The notes below the pieces were generated by a model, which ran no database searches, had not been told where the DNA came from, and saw only the letters and a list, made by a program, of their open reading frames with translations. Source: Lytechinus pictus (lineage: Eukaryota). Taken from it: DNA of 64,000 nucleotides. The position numbers were made by a program, and so were the translations under genes. The stretch spans positions 21,948,001 to 22,012,000 of the forward strand of contig NC_087252.1 of NCBI RefSeq assembly GCF_037042905.1, written 5' to 3'. Shown one piece after another: positions 52,727 to 64,000 of the stretch (position 1 is the stretch's first letter; the number at the start of each line of letters is the position of its first letter).

Positions 52727-54309
52727 GATAATTACCCCCACCCGCCTTCACCATTACACAGATACAGAACCACCGTTTATTACAAAACGTAGTTTCAAAA
52801 TCTATTGTAGAACATTTTGGACTGTATAATTAAACACACGTTCTGTTAAGATAAAAGATGTGAATATGAACACGAAATCACTGTTTGTCATCGAGTTCTA
52901 TGGCGAATTAATGCCCCGACACTTTGATTTGTTGTACGATGTTAATAAGTCTAGTAATCATTCAGGTATATGTTTGGTGACAAAATAGAATTGGTGTTAT
53001 GTGGTAACATAAACAAGAGATTATTATCCTTGTGCTTACTCGCGCAGGCGCACTATAGCCCGTTTTTTTAAGGCAATCTTAACTTGTAGAACATGTCAAA
53101 ATTCGGTTTACATTGCATGTTTCTTTCGTTTACAGCGGTCTATTGTCTTACCTTTATTCGCCATTCCCAGAGAGTTTTAAATGGTTTGAATGTCGAATGT
53201 ACTTATGAAATGAACCTGTAATGTTAGAGATTGGTGTCACAATTGGCTATCCATAGTTAAACCACAAAATTAGGCCAGAGTTGTAAAGTAAACACGGGTT
53301 CAGAATATGGTTCCTAGTCTCTTTCTCACTCTCTCACACACATATTACAATGTTTCTTTCTTTATTTTACCATCACTATCGTCATCATCGTCGTCGTCAT
53401 CACCATCATCACCATCATCATAATCAAAAGCATCAACACGACCGTGACATATTTTATGGTCTATTTTTCGCTAAATTTATTCTGCAGCGTGGTCAAAGAC
53501 AAAGGATATTGAGAAAGATAAAAATCTTGGGGTGCAATATCATTAAAATTGATAAAGTATGTCATAACCTTTTCTGTTTCTAGGGTAAGTTGTTACGAAA
53601 GCGTAGTTGTGTCCTTAAATGGCAAAAATGATTTCAGTTACCCAACACCTGATGTCCTAGCAATACTTTGCTTTGCTAAAAATAAATTCCTTCTTAGATC
53701 GACCTACAGGTAATTGCCGTTTCTCTTTTTACATTCTCCTAGGAAAATATAACATCTTTAAGGTGTAAATAGAAGCACTTTCTCGCGTAGGCCAACGTCT
53801 TTGTAAGAACAGTTGGAAAAAAATAAATATCCCTAATAAAAACTAAATTATTTTTTTCAAAGGCGAAAAATGAATTAATCAGGGACTCGTCGATATCGCT
53901 GCCGTACAGGTACGGGGGCATCGGGGCGCTGGCCCCATAAGTTTTACGATCAAGAAAAAAAAAGGAGGGGGAAAGGAAGGGGAAAGAAATGGTGAAATGT
54001 GCTATTCTATTTCAACATGATCAATACCGCGTCAACATCTATCAAAATTAAGAATTCTCAATATTCTTATGAGTTATGAACCATTGATTCAGGGGTGGAA
54101 CCTGGATATTCCAAAGGGGGGGGGGGGGGGCATTGAAAAAAAAAGGTTTTCACCAATACCTCTATTAACCAACAGATCGATATATAGTTACACAACCCCT
54201 TCTCTCCAACCGTTTTATACAGAAAGCTTCTACTTAATATCCTACAATGAAATAGTACATTTCGTCATTGATTCTTTTGATCCTAACTATCTATTGAAAA
54301 AGTGATATG

Positions 54310-54375
54310 CATATCAAAGGACACTAGCTTGTATGATATTCCTTCCAAGGTAAACTGCCTCGTATATAAGTCAAA
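54310..54375 (+). promoter_or_regulatory. Candidate core promoter block (ATCAAAG + TATATAA) shared by genes F, D and A
   Basis: TATATAA at 54363, 35184 and 741-747(-), 115-190 bp before the ATG; deleted in C. Confidence 0.35.
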
Positions 54376-54536
54376 GCATTTTAGTATCGAAGTACTACCT
54401 TGCGTGACAGTCAGCAAGATCATGTAACCCTATCTGGATTGGGTTTAATACGAATCTAACGGTAGTACGTTTTCCTTCATGTAACGATTATAGTGCCACT
54501 GGTAAAATTATAATTTCCAGCTTCGTAGTGAGAGTC

Positions 54537-55316
54537 ATGTACGGGGACGGGAATACGACCGACGTTGTTCAGGAGCAACAAGAAACAGTAGCGACGGGAA
54601 CGGATGATGAGAAACGAGGTCTCCATGCCCTACTCCTACCTCTGCTCCTAGTGGCCCTCATCATCACGACCAATGGTCTCAGCCTGGCCGCCTTTGCCGT
54701 CGAGAAACGACTCCGTGGCTACAACAATTACTTCATCATAAACCTTACAATCTCGGACTTTCTCTTCGGGTTTGTCATCATCGTGACATCCTTGCACACC
54801 TATTTTAGACGATTCCCATTCCCGGGTAACAACTCGTGCCGGATCTTCTACGGTGTTGTCAGCAGCGTCCAGTTTGTATCAAATCTGATCATCATCACTA
54901 TCTGCATTGATAGACACCGAGCAACCTACGATCCCATCGGGCATTTCACCACCAGGAGCAAGCGAAAGGGGATCTACGCGAATATTTCCGTGTGGGTTGC
55001 ATCAATCCTTTTCTGGTTCGGATTTTCGACGATTCCCGACTTCGTCATGGACTTCAACAACACGTCCAGTTGCTTCGTTTGGCATTCCGTGAACGCGATC
55101 GGCCAGATAGTACCAGTATTCATCCGGTTCATCATCCCTTTCACAATCATGCTGATAATCTATGTGCGGATCTTCGTGAAGATCCAAAAGATAGCCGGTA
55201 GAAAGCACATCGGCGAAGAATTTAATGGGGACACTTCATGGTCGCGGCAGAGCAAATCGGACGGCGGCGACGACGCTGATGATTCCAAAGAGGGTCCCAT
55301 CACTACCATAGAATCT
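54537..55316 (+). CDS. GPCR F, exon 1 (260 codons)
   Basis: ATG at 54537 in ORF 54528..55331; TCT|GTGAGT donor at 55317. Confidence 0.95.
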
Positions 55317-55959
55317 GTGAGTATTCATTAACTCCATATCAAAGCCCGTAGTCGGGGGGGGGGGGTTGTTCAGGGGTTCGAGCGAGCCCCTAACTTGAAA
55401 ATTTTCAAAAGCAAGAAAAATATGGGGAGGAAAAGGAAAGGAAGTGAAAGGGGTCGAACCCCAAATTTGAGAACCGTGCGTGACTACAGGCTTGCATACT
55501 CCTTCATAATTCCATTCCTTTTTTATTCATAAGGGAGTGCACAGCCCTGTGTTTGGATACGGTACGTCAGGAGACAATGCAATTCCAAGAACATAGTCAT
55601 CCTGCATAGGCAAAAATCAATCGCATTCCATCTCCATGTTTTTCACGACACCATACAAAAAGTTGGTTCCATAAAAAGGAAGAAGAGGTCGACTTGATAA
55701 AAAAACGAGTGACTTATACGCGCACTTCGATCGAGAGTTTTCAATGTCTTGAAAGCAATCCCGGCATATGGTACACTCCTTTTCTCGTTCAGAAGACTGG
55801 CCTCTTGGGAAAAAATGTAAGTCAAGGCCCTACCTGGTCTGCTTCGGAAAATGACAGAGATCGTAAACACAGATTCAGGGATGTGGGCCATAATGAGGCA
55901 ATGGATTGAATAAAGAGAGCATTACGTATCCATTATTGTCATAAAAGTTAATTCATGTA

Positions 55960-56220
55960 GAGGTGTGGCGCCCCAGTGGATAAGTCTCCTTGACTTTGAA
56001 CCAAAAGGTCTAGGATTCCAATCTCAGCGCAGCATCAATCTACATCCAGGTGTAGTAAATGGGTAGACCTACCTGGTTGGAAGAAATTCCTTGAATGCTC
56101 GAGCGTCTGATCAGGGTACCCATACTAGTTCCGGGGTAATTGTATGCAGCGCTTAGCAACATTGCATTAAGAGCTACATAAATGTTCCATATCTTTATCA
56201 TCATTTTTATTATTATTAAT
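55960..56220 (+). mobile_element. Decayed tRNA-SINE with L2-like tail in the gene F intron
   Basis: tRNA-like head (tggcgccccagtggataag...gattccaatc), 'ccaggtgtagtaaatgggta' central segment, 'aagagctacataaatg...tattattatt' tail. Confidence 0.6.
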
Positions 56221-56361
56221 TAATTCTTTATTCTGGTGATGCACACAATCAGTTACTACGTACATGTATAAACCAATGTTGTAACGTCCCGTATGTAAGC
56301 TGACATCATACATATGAAATTCATGACTTTTATTTTTATCCATGAATCTTTTCCCAATTAG

Positions 56362-56667
56362 GGTGGTCAGAAAGCAGTCAAGCGTGAATCAACATCCGAG
56401 GTTCGCAGCGCCACAAAGACACTCCTCTTCATCGTCATCGCTTTCTTTATTACCTGGTCTCCAGTTTCTGTCATCTCCTTCATCTACTCGATTGAACCGA
56501 CACTCATCTATCCACGGCTTCCTGACTGGGCGCTTTTGGTACCCGGTTGGCTGGTCTACGTGAATAGCCTACTCAATCCGCTTTGCTACGTTGTCTCGCA
56601 GCCGCTGTTCCGGAAAACCGTGTTCGGTTTGATCCGCCACCCTATCCAATATTGCAGAGGGAAATAA
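56362..56667 (+). CDS. GPCR F, exon 2 (not in ORF track)
   Basis: tcttttcccaattAG acceptor; manual translation GGQKAVKRESTSEVRSATKTLLFIVIAFFITWSPVSVISFIYSIEPTLIYPRLPDWALLVPGWLVYVNSLLNPLCYVVSQPLFRKTVFGLIRHPIQYCRGK*. Confidence 0.94.
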   Translation, partial: GGQKAVKRESTSEVRSATKTLLFIVIAFFITWSPVSVISFIYSIEPTLIYPRLPDWALLVPGWLVYVNSLLNPLCYVVSQPLFRKTVFGLIRHPIQYCRGK

Positions 56668-56689
56668 TCGTCGGTTTCATGTGATTGTT

Positions 56690-57610
56690 TTATTTATTTA
56701 TTTGTTAAAATATCTTTATACAGGATAACAAGCTCAGATTGACTGTTTTTCAGCATGGTCCTGTTGACATAAAATAACAAAGATAAAAGTGTAACTTAGG
56801 TTCTGTACAAGTAATGAATGAATTAAATGACATTTAAAATCAGAATTTATCACTAACACAAAAGTTGTTCAAAGATAACATTAATTTTTTTTCTCGAATT
56901 GATGAAATGAGAAGTATTATCATGTAGACAATACAATAACAGTAAAATATAAACTAAGATGTATGATATCATTGACATAGTAAATAAAAAAATCAACAAA
57001 ATTTATGAAGGAAATTAGGAATCTAATTATTATTGAGCATATCATATTAGACTTAAGTAGAAAATTTTACAAAATAAATATCACCAAGCAAAGTAATGGA
57101 AGCGTATTTGCTAAGAGTACGAATTATATTATATAAATACCATTCGTTCTAACATTGGATAACACAAATCATTAACACAATCAAAAAGAGAAATATAGAG
57201 TAAGATGGAACAAAAAAAAAGCATCTAGTACTAATTATTGAAATTAAACTTCTTATAAATCAATTTAAATGTTTCGACAGTTTGTGCATTTTGGATATTA
57301 TTGGGTATGTCATTCCATCGTTTGGCACCGGAAAATCTTAAAGTAAGGAAAATTGAAGGTGAACAACGGGTGCAACTACGTTAAGGCTATCATTAGTTCT
57401 TGTATGGTAATTATGTCGGTCACAGACCATTTCAATGTCATTAAAAAGTGGGGGATTGGCTAATCCATGTATGCATTTAAACATTTGTGTGGCAAGAGAG
57501 CATTCTTTTCGTTCATCAATATTAGTCCAGGTAAGATTTTTACAGGTGTTTTAAGAGAAATGTTTTGATCAAAGTTATGTAACGTGCGGCCCTTTTTTGT
57601 AATCTACAAA
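56690..57610 (-). mobile_element. LINE 3' fragment downstream of gene F
   Basis: Minus-strand peptides VCDRHNYHTRTN and RFSGAKRWNDIPNNIQNAQTVETFK; (AAAT)n tail at ~56690. Confidence 0.65.
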
Positions 57611-59005
57611 TTATGGCGGATTTAGAATCGTTGCATTTGTGATTTAAAGTCTAATAATCAATGGACTGAATCTTACGATTCCCACTGTCTAGGCTCCTCA
57701 TAAAGATCGGTTAGGTTCTAAACTGTTAGAGCAAATTGGATTTAAAAATATACTTAACATCCAAACTCCCCTGTTTGGGACATCTTTTGAAAAGTTCTAT
57801 TCGGAACTAACACCAGATATTGAGGTTGCAATTGTGATTTTTCTTATTGCATAATCACAATTAAATCATCATGATCACTGGTTAATTCAATATATTGTTG
57901 AGTAATAGGAACGTAAGAATTAACTTGGTATTTTATGGATTGGCATTAGTATGTCACGAACACAAAGTGAGGTAAGGTAAAACAAAAATATTTAATTTCT
58001 GATGAGATGGTATCTATTTATATGGGTATATATGTAATGTAGTTATTTGTTTCACCACTCCCATTGATTTACAGCTACGAAATCAACGACAAAATGATTT
58101 GCTCTTGTCTATGTAATACTTGTGAAAACTGCCCGTTGGTTTGTCGGGTATGAAACGGTATAGATGGAAAATGAAAAGGGTTATTATCCCCCCTGTATGT
58201 TTGGAAGAAATTTATATCTGTTGAGAACCATCTTTATTGTAAATTTTTTCATTAATATTTTAGTTCAAAGTATATACTTGAATACTCTCTTTTGCTATAT
58301 ATTTGAGGTTCACGTGATTAATGCATCTTGTGTAATGACACGGCAGATCTTGGCTATGATATATAAAGTTATATTTATTTAGACAGTAAAGTATATATAG
58401 ATTTTGTGTTACATCTATGTATAAAGTCATAACAAACTGTCACTATCAATAATTTGACATCATGAACGAACTTCACTCTGTCTTAAACATACTAATCAGA
58501 ATACTCTCAGTATGATATGCATTATTTGTTTGTTGTTGTTCATCTTGTTCTTTTCTTTTCACACTTAGCGTCAAATCCCCCCATCTTCTTGTTTCTTCTT
58601 CTTGTTTATCCTTTCCTTATTATTTACCCTTTTCTTTTCTTCATTAGACTATTTGACTTCGACCTCTGTATTCGTATAGGAAAGAAAGTTGTTGATTGTG
58701 ACGGTGTTTGTGCTGATTTCGAGACGACGACGACGACGATAATACAGATTATGAACATTATTGTTGATGTCGTTATCAGTGGTTGGTGTGGATGATGTTG
58801 CTGATAGCATGGGCGGCGAAGCAGAGGATTATCTTTTGTGTTTGGGGGACGCAACAATAGATGTTCCCCAATGGACAAAGGATAAACCTCTCCACCGCCC
58901 ATGGCTGATAGTGATGATGATGATGATGACGATATTGGTGATAGTGATGATGATGGTGATGATGATGATAGTGATAGAGATGATGTTGGTGGTAATGGTG
59001 ATGGC

Positions 59006-59217
59006 CAGGGGCGGATCCAGGATTTTCAAAAAATTAATGATATTTCGTCCCCGGAAAAATTTGACAACCAAAAAAAAGTCTTCACTTTTGAAAGGGGAGG
59101 GGGGGCACACTTCTGTTTTAATGGCATTTTTACATTACAAATTTTAATTTTGCTCTTCAAGGGGGGGGGGGGGCGGGCCGGCTTTGACCCCCCCCCCCCC
59201 TCCTGGATCCGCCAGTG
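59006..59217. mobile_element. hAT-type MITE
   Basis: CAGGGGCGGATCCAGGA ... TCCTGGATCCGCCAGTG; TSD GTGATGGC/GTGATGGA. Confidence 0.8.
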
Positions 59218-59273
59218 GTGATGGAGGTAAGGATGATGAAGATGATGATGCTGACAGTGATGATAATGATGAT

Positions 59274-60186
59274 TGTCACGAAACCAAGCTGAAGTATATT
59301 CTCGCCTTGACGCAAAGAAATACCCGTGACTAAAAGCTTGCGAGAAGAAGTTGATTTTATTACAGGTTCAAGACTTCAAGATGAATCTTCCACACACATG
59401 TGTATATATTTCAACACAAGCGCAATAAAATACCAGCTCTGAGACATACGTCTCCCTCTCTTTCGTACCTATACTATCTTCTGACTAAAAGTCACTTTCC
59501 TTCCACTACTTATAACGTACCGTTACATAAATGTATCCCACTGTTACATAAAAATATATAAAGGAATATATAGAGAATTCTCTACCCTATGTTTCTCCTT
59601 GTCTGAAATTACATAAACTACTCTAGCCAATCAAGGCTCAGGACTGACTTATATAAGTTATAATATTCCTTAGCTTGGGGTGGAGATAAAGGGATACATA
59701 GAGAAACTACTTGGAACCAATCATCTCACTCTACCACCTTACATAAGCATTTGGAGGTGCCTTTAAAGAAATACATAACGAAACTTCTTTGAACCAATCA
59801 CATCATAGGAGTCCCTTACATAAGTTAAGTTGTTCCTTGTCTGGAGATGGATACAAAGAGTTACAAAGAATAACCACTTTTGGCCAATGATACTATAGGG
59901 CTATCTTGCATAAGTGTCTGGAAATTAACTAAAGTTTTGTAAAGAGAAACTCTTTCTGACCAATGGCAGTTTAGTACTTTCTTACATAAACTGTGTTTTT
60001 CCAGACAGGGGTAATGAATGTTTATCCCTCCCTTGACGTTTGTATCAAGGACAAGAACGTAAATTCTGGCATGTGAAATGGGTTACTGTATATACTATTA
60101 GGACTTTCACATGCATACTTTAATCTTAGGTACACACCTATCATTTAGAAAGAATATAATTTTACTGTGAGGACTACTTCGTCACA
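59274..60186 (-). mobile_element. Solo LTR (913 bp)
   Basis: Ends TGTCACGAA ... TTCGTCACA, flanked by ATGAT on both sides, no ORF; minus-strand AATAAA near 59357. Confidence 0.72.
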
Positions 60187-60420
60187 ATGATGATGGTGAT
60201 AGTGATGATGATAGCGATGATGATGATGATGATGATGTTGGTGGTAATGTTGATAGTGATAATGATGGTAATGGTGATAAGGATGATGATGAGGATGATG
60301 GTAGTGATTGTAATAATGGTGATTAGAATGATAGTGGTGATGATGAGGAGGAAGATTGCGATGATGGTGATGATGATGATGATGTTATTGATGGCGGTGA
60401 TAATGGTTATTGTGGCGTTT
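60187..60420. repeat. (GAT)n-like low-complexity tract (also 58905-59005, 59218-59273)
   Basis: Direct inspection. Confidence 0.9.
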
Positions 60421-61769
60421 ATAGTGCTGATTTTAACCCCGATCACCAGGGCCCCTACTCTTATAATTAACGTAGAAGATTTCACCTTTTCCCTGCTGCA
60501 TCAAGAAATACTCCCAATTTGTCAATACATATTTGTTCATCAAAAACAACAACACACATACACACAGTCATGTGCTGTGCCATCGACGCTATGTACGCAT
60601 ATAGCCTCACTTTTATTTGATACATACAGACGATACAATCAATGTAGGTTCTGCCAATCAATAATGTTATGGAAAAATGTCATTTTCCCATTCGAGTTGG
60701 CCTAGAGATTTGAATGAGCTATAGCGTAAGTATGATGGAAGAACATTTCATCATGCAACTTTGATCACGTGATCTTGAAGTGATATCATTTGGTTGTGGA
60801 AAGAATGCTCCAGTGAAAAGTTTGTGTGTAGACCTACGTCGATGTGTAAGAGTGCGTGTTTGTGCGGGTGCAAGCGTCGTAGTGTGAGGGTGATCAAAGG
60901 GTGTGTGGAGGCGTGAGAGAGGGTGTGAGAGGGGTGAGGTCAGTGCCAACGAACGTAGAGGGCAGCAACACACATCAGTGTTGCTCTAAGGAAGGTCAAC
61001 TCAATACGCGCATGTAGCTGAGCTGCGAGCACATTTTATCATTCATTCCAACGAAATCAAACGCCGATCAAATACAACATATTAATAGCGATTACGAAAA
61101 CAAAATGAAAGAATATGATGAAATGAAGAGAGTTGTATAACGTTTAAAAATTTTTTTTTTTTTTATTTCAATTTTTTAAACATGAGGTAATACTTAACAA
61201 TTTAGAGATATAATTTAGATAAACTAAAATCTTTATCGAATTGGTCATTGCTGTTATCAGTGATTTCATTAGACGGCAGTATTAGGTTTTCGCCAAAACT
61301 ATTTTTGTGACCACTCGCAAAGCATTTCGGGATTGATAGTGACAACCTTATTTTTTTCTGAGCTCTTCGCTGAGCCCATCATCACTGTATGCTTAAGCTA
61401 CGTCTTCTGCTTAGCTCCCAACCTCTAGCACTGGTTGTACTCGGCGGACGACGGGGAGGCCAACCCGTCGACCAACATTTACCCGCAGCCCATAGCTGCG
61501 ACTCTGATATTTTTTCTATCTAAGAACCGGCAGCAATGGATATAAATTTTATTCATCATCAGGCCTAGGCCTATGTTTTTCTTTTCAGCATTTTCCCAAA
61601 ACTTCTAAATCTACATCCCATCATTAGACGGGTCAATATACGACCAAAAATAGCCTTACCCGGAACAAATTGCAACAAATGATTTTTCAACGGTATTTTG
61701 TACTATTTGACCTCAGGAATAACATACTAAAAATCTACCAAAATCCGCATACGGGAAAGTGGTTATTTT

Positions 61770-64000
61770 CAAGATGGCGTCCAAGATGGCCGCCATTCAC
61801 TGAAAATGGATACAAATGACACATTATCCACCATATAATCCTAATTCGGTTCATATTCCATGGTCTGGGGGTAAAAAAATTGATTTAGGCTAGAATGAAT
61901 TATAAGCCCTCCAGTGTACCAGGCAAATCTAAGATGGCGCCCAAAATGGCTGCCGTAGGCTGAAAATCCACAATTCATCTAAATTTGTTTTTATTCAATG
62001 GTTTTAAGGGTGAAATAGTACATTGAAACAAGTTACAAGGACAGCCAGTGGTCTGGTGTGTCCAAGAATCCAAGATGGCTTCCAAGAATGGAGTTTAAAA
62101 TGGCTGTTGATAATTAAAATGGACATAGTTCATTTCATATCCGCCTGGGACATAATGATTTTGGTGTCTAGACCATGATTTCAATGGTCAAATAAGACAT
62201 TGGGACAAGTTACAAGGACAGTCAGTGGTGCAGTATGTTAACAAATCAAAGATGGCTTCCAAAAATGGAGTCGAAAATTGCTGTTGCTACTTAAAAAAAA
62301 CCCGACATAGTTTGCTCAATGTCCAGAAATATGATTTTTGTGTCTATACCATGGTTAAAATGTCTACTGTCTACCAGACAGTATTTTCTTTGATAATTTC
62401 GTTCTTAATAATGTTTCCACTACCAAATTCTTGGGTGTCCTTATCGACAACAAATTATCCTGGAAGCCTCATATCGATAGTATATGTAAAACAATTTCTA
62501 GAAACATTGGAATTATTAATAAACTCAAACATTTTCTCCCTTCTCGAACTTTGTTAACATTATACTACACACTTATTCTACCATATATTAATTACGGAAT
62601 AATTGCCTGGGGATGTGCAATACAAACACAACTAAATAGAATATTACTTCTCCAGAAAAAAGCTCTAAGAATAATTTTTCAAACACACTCTAGATCACAT
62701 ACTGATATCTTATTTTTTGAAAATAACAGCCTCAAAGTAAGTGACATATATCTCTTCGAAGTAAGTCAATTTATGTTCAAATTAAGCAAGGACGATCTCC
62801 CCACTATTTTCTCAAATATGTTCCATAAAAATGCATCCGTACACTGTTACCCAACAAGGCAACGACAATATTATCATCTCCCATTAACAAGAACTCTTTT
62901 TGCAAAGAATTCATTTGTCTTTTCCGGGCCTGCCTACTGGAACTCTCTGCCTCAAGATTTTAAAGAATCCCCTAATATAAATATTTTTAAACACAAACTG
63001 AAAAAAATTTTAATTTTGCAATACTCGTTGCAAGCAGATCATGCTGAATAACTGATTTATTCATACTCGGTTTTTGTGTTTTTTGTATTATATGCGCTCA
63101 TATTACATACATATACATGTATATTATTTGTTATTACTGTTTTCTTCTTAAAATTGCAACTAGCCAAAGTACCTGCTCCTGCTGCCCGCTTTCTTTCTAT
63201 GTTATGTACCCTGCACTTCTCTGTCCCTCCCCTCTTCTCCCCCTCACATTCCCCCTCTCTCCCTAATGCTATAAAACAAAATATTTCTCACATCAGTTAC
63301 TCTTTTTTTCGTAAAATGCACCAAAATTGTATTTATTGATACAATTCTATATATCATTACGACCCAGTGGTTTTTTTGTTGTTGTAATGAATCTAAGTTT
63401 ATTTAGGGGCTTGCCTTTTGTACAAGCTTTGCTTTTTTTCGGCAAGACCCTCCGTTTTACTTTAAAATACAATTGTCATACTAGGTAATTTTATTTATTG
63501 AATTGTGTTCCTTAAATCTAAGATTATGTTATATATATCTTATTACGTCTTGCATTATTTTCGACCTTGTTTTGTTATACTTATCATGTTGTGAAACGGA
63601 AATCAATAAATCAAATCAAATCAAATCAAATCAAATCAAATAATACATTGGGATAAGTTACAAGGAAAGTCAGTGGTCTGGTATGTGCAAAAATCCCCGA
63701 TGGATTTCAAAAATTGATTCTGAAATGGCTGCTAATACTTAAAGCGGACAAAGCTCATTTCATTTTGACCTGGGATATGTGATTTTCATGTCTAAACCAC
63801 TGGTTTCAAGGGTCAAATAATATATTAGGATAAGTTACAAGGAAAGTCAAAAATCGAAGATGGCGTCCAAAATTGATCTTAAAAATATGCTGCTGATACT
63901 TAAAGCGGACAAAGCTCATTTCATATCGGCCTGGGAAATGTGATTTTTGTGTCTAAACCACTGGTTTGAGGGCCAAAATAATACATTAGGACAGATTTTA
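61770..64000. repeat. Degenerate ~180-190-bp tandem array rich in CAAGATGGC motifs (probably the subterminal array of a DNA transposon), interrupted by a LINE
   Basis: Recurring 'acattgggacaagttacaagga..gtcagtgg...caagatggc.tccaa'. Confidence 0.7.
62362..63640 (+). mobile_element. Younger 5'-truncated CR1/L2-group LINE 3' end with (TCAAA)n tail
   Basis: Open 206-aa ORF GVLIDNKLSWKPHI...LILPYINYG..AWG...LQKKALR...HCYPTR...WNSLP; tail aataaatcaaatcaaatcaaa at 63605-63640. Confidence 0.9.

Larger units (their letters stand above)
49150..55100 (+). repeat. Mate arm of the inverted duplication (genes E+F); true right limit unknown because the partner leaves the window
   Basis: See 1..5875. Confidence 0.9.

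Noticed and set aside
3444-55331. Treating the 267-312 aa ORFs as truncated 5-TM proteins or pseudogenes
   Set aside because: Each has a GT donor at the homologous position and an in-frame downstream TM6-7 exon; the ORF tails are intron read-through
3444-56667. Calling the receptors opsins, or true histamine/muscarinic receptor orthologs
   Set aside because: Position 7.43 is Tyr, not the retinal-binding Lys; Asp3.32 is absent; orthology cannot be shown without a phylogeny, so no gene symbol is given
58761-60705. Met/Ile/Asp-rich ORFs (also 6993-7236, and Lys/Phe-rich ORFs at 16744-17491 and 48595-49046)
   Set aside because: Translations of (GAT)n, (ATT)n and purine-rich low-complexity tracts
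60976-61432. Possible CAGTG...CACTG element
   Set aside because: No convincing TIR extension or TSD

Overview
AT-rich, repeat-dense, intron-containing animal DNA. The repeat types and receptor style suggest an invertebrate deuterostome such as a sea urchin (inference). The main content is a cluster of six paralogous class A (rhodopsin-like) GPCR genes of about 360 aa: A(-, partial, runs off the left edge), B(-), C(+), D(+), E(+), F(+). B-F each have two exons and one phase-0 intron in the third intracellular loop. B+A is an inverted duplicate of E+F (~6 kb visible). C and D lie in an ~18.5 kb tandem duplication with a decayed Tc1/mariner transposase at its junction, and each copy carries a dead two-exon Ig-superfamily relic. 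The receptors keep an aminergic (histamine H3/H4/muscarinic-like) scaffold including W7.40 and Y7.43. All have lost the amine-binding Asp3.32, which varies between copies, and B-F carry Arg at 5.46 where H3/H4 have Glu. They are therefore a candidate diversifying non-amine/chemosensory receptor family. The rest is nested TE relics (CR1/L2-type LINE 3' ends, tRNA SINEs, hAT-, Kolobok-, Harbinger- and Ginger-like MITEs, a HINE, a solo LTR), micro/minisatellites and one 148-N gap. All alignments and counts were done by eye.
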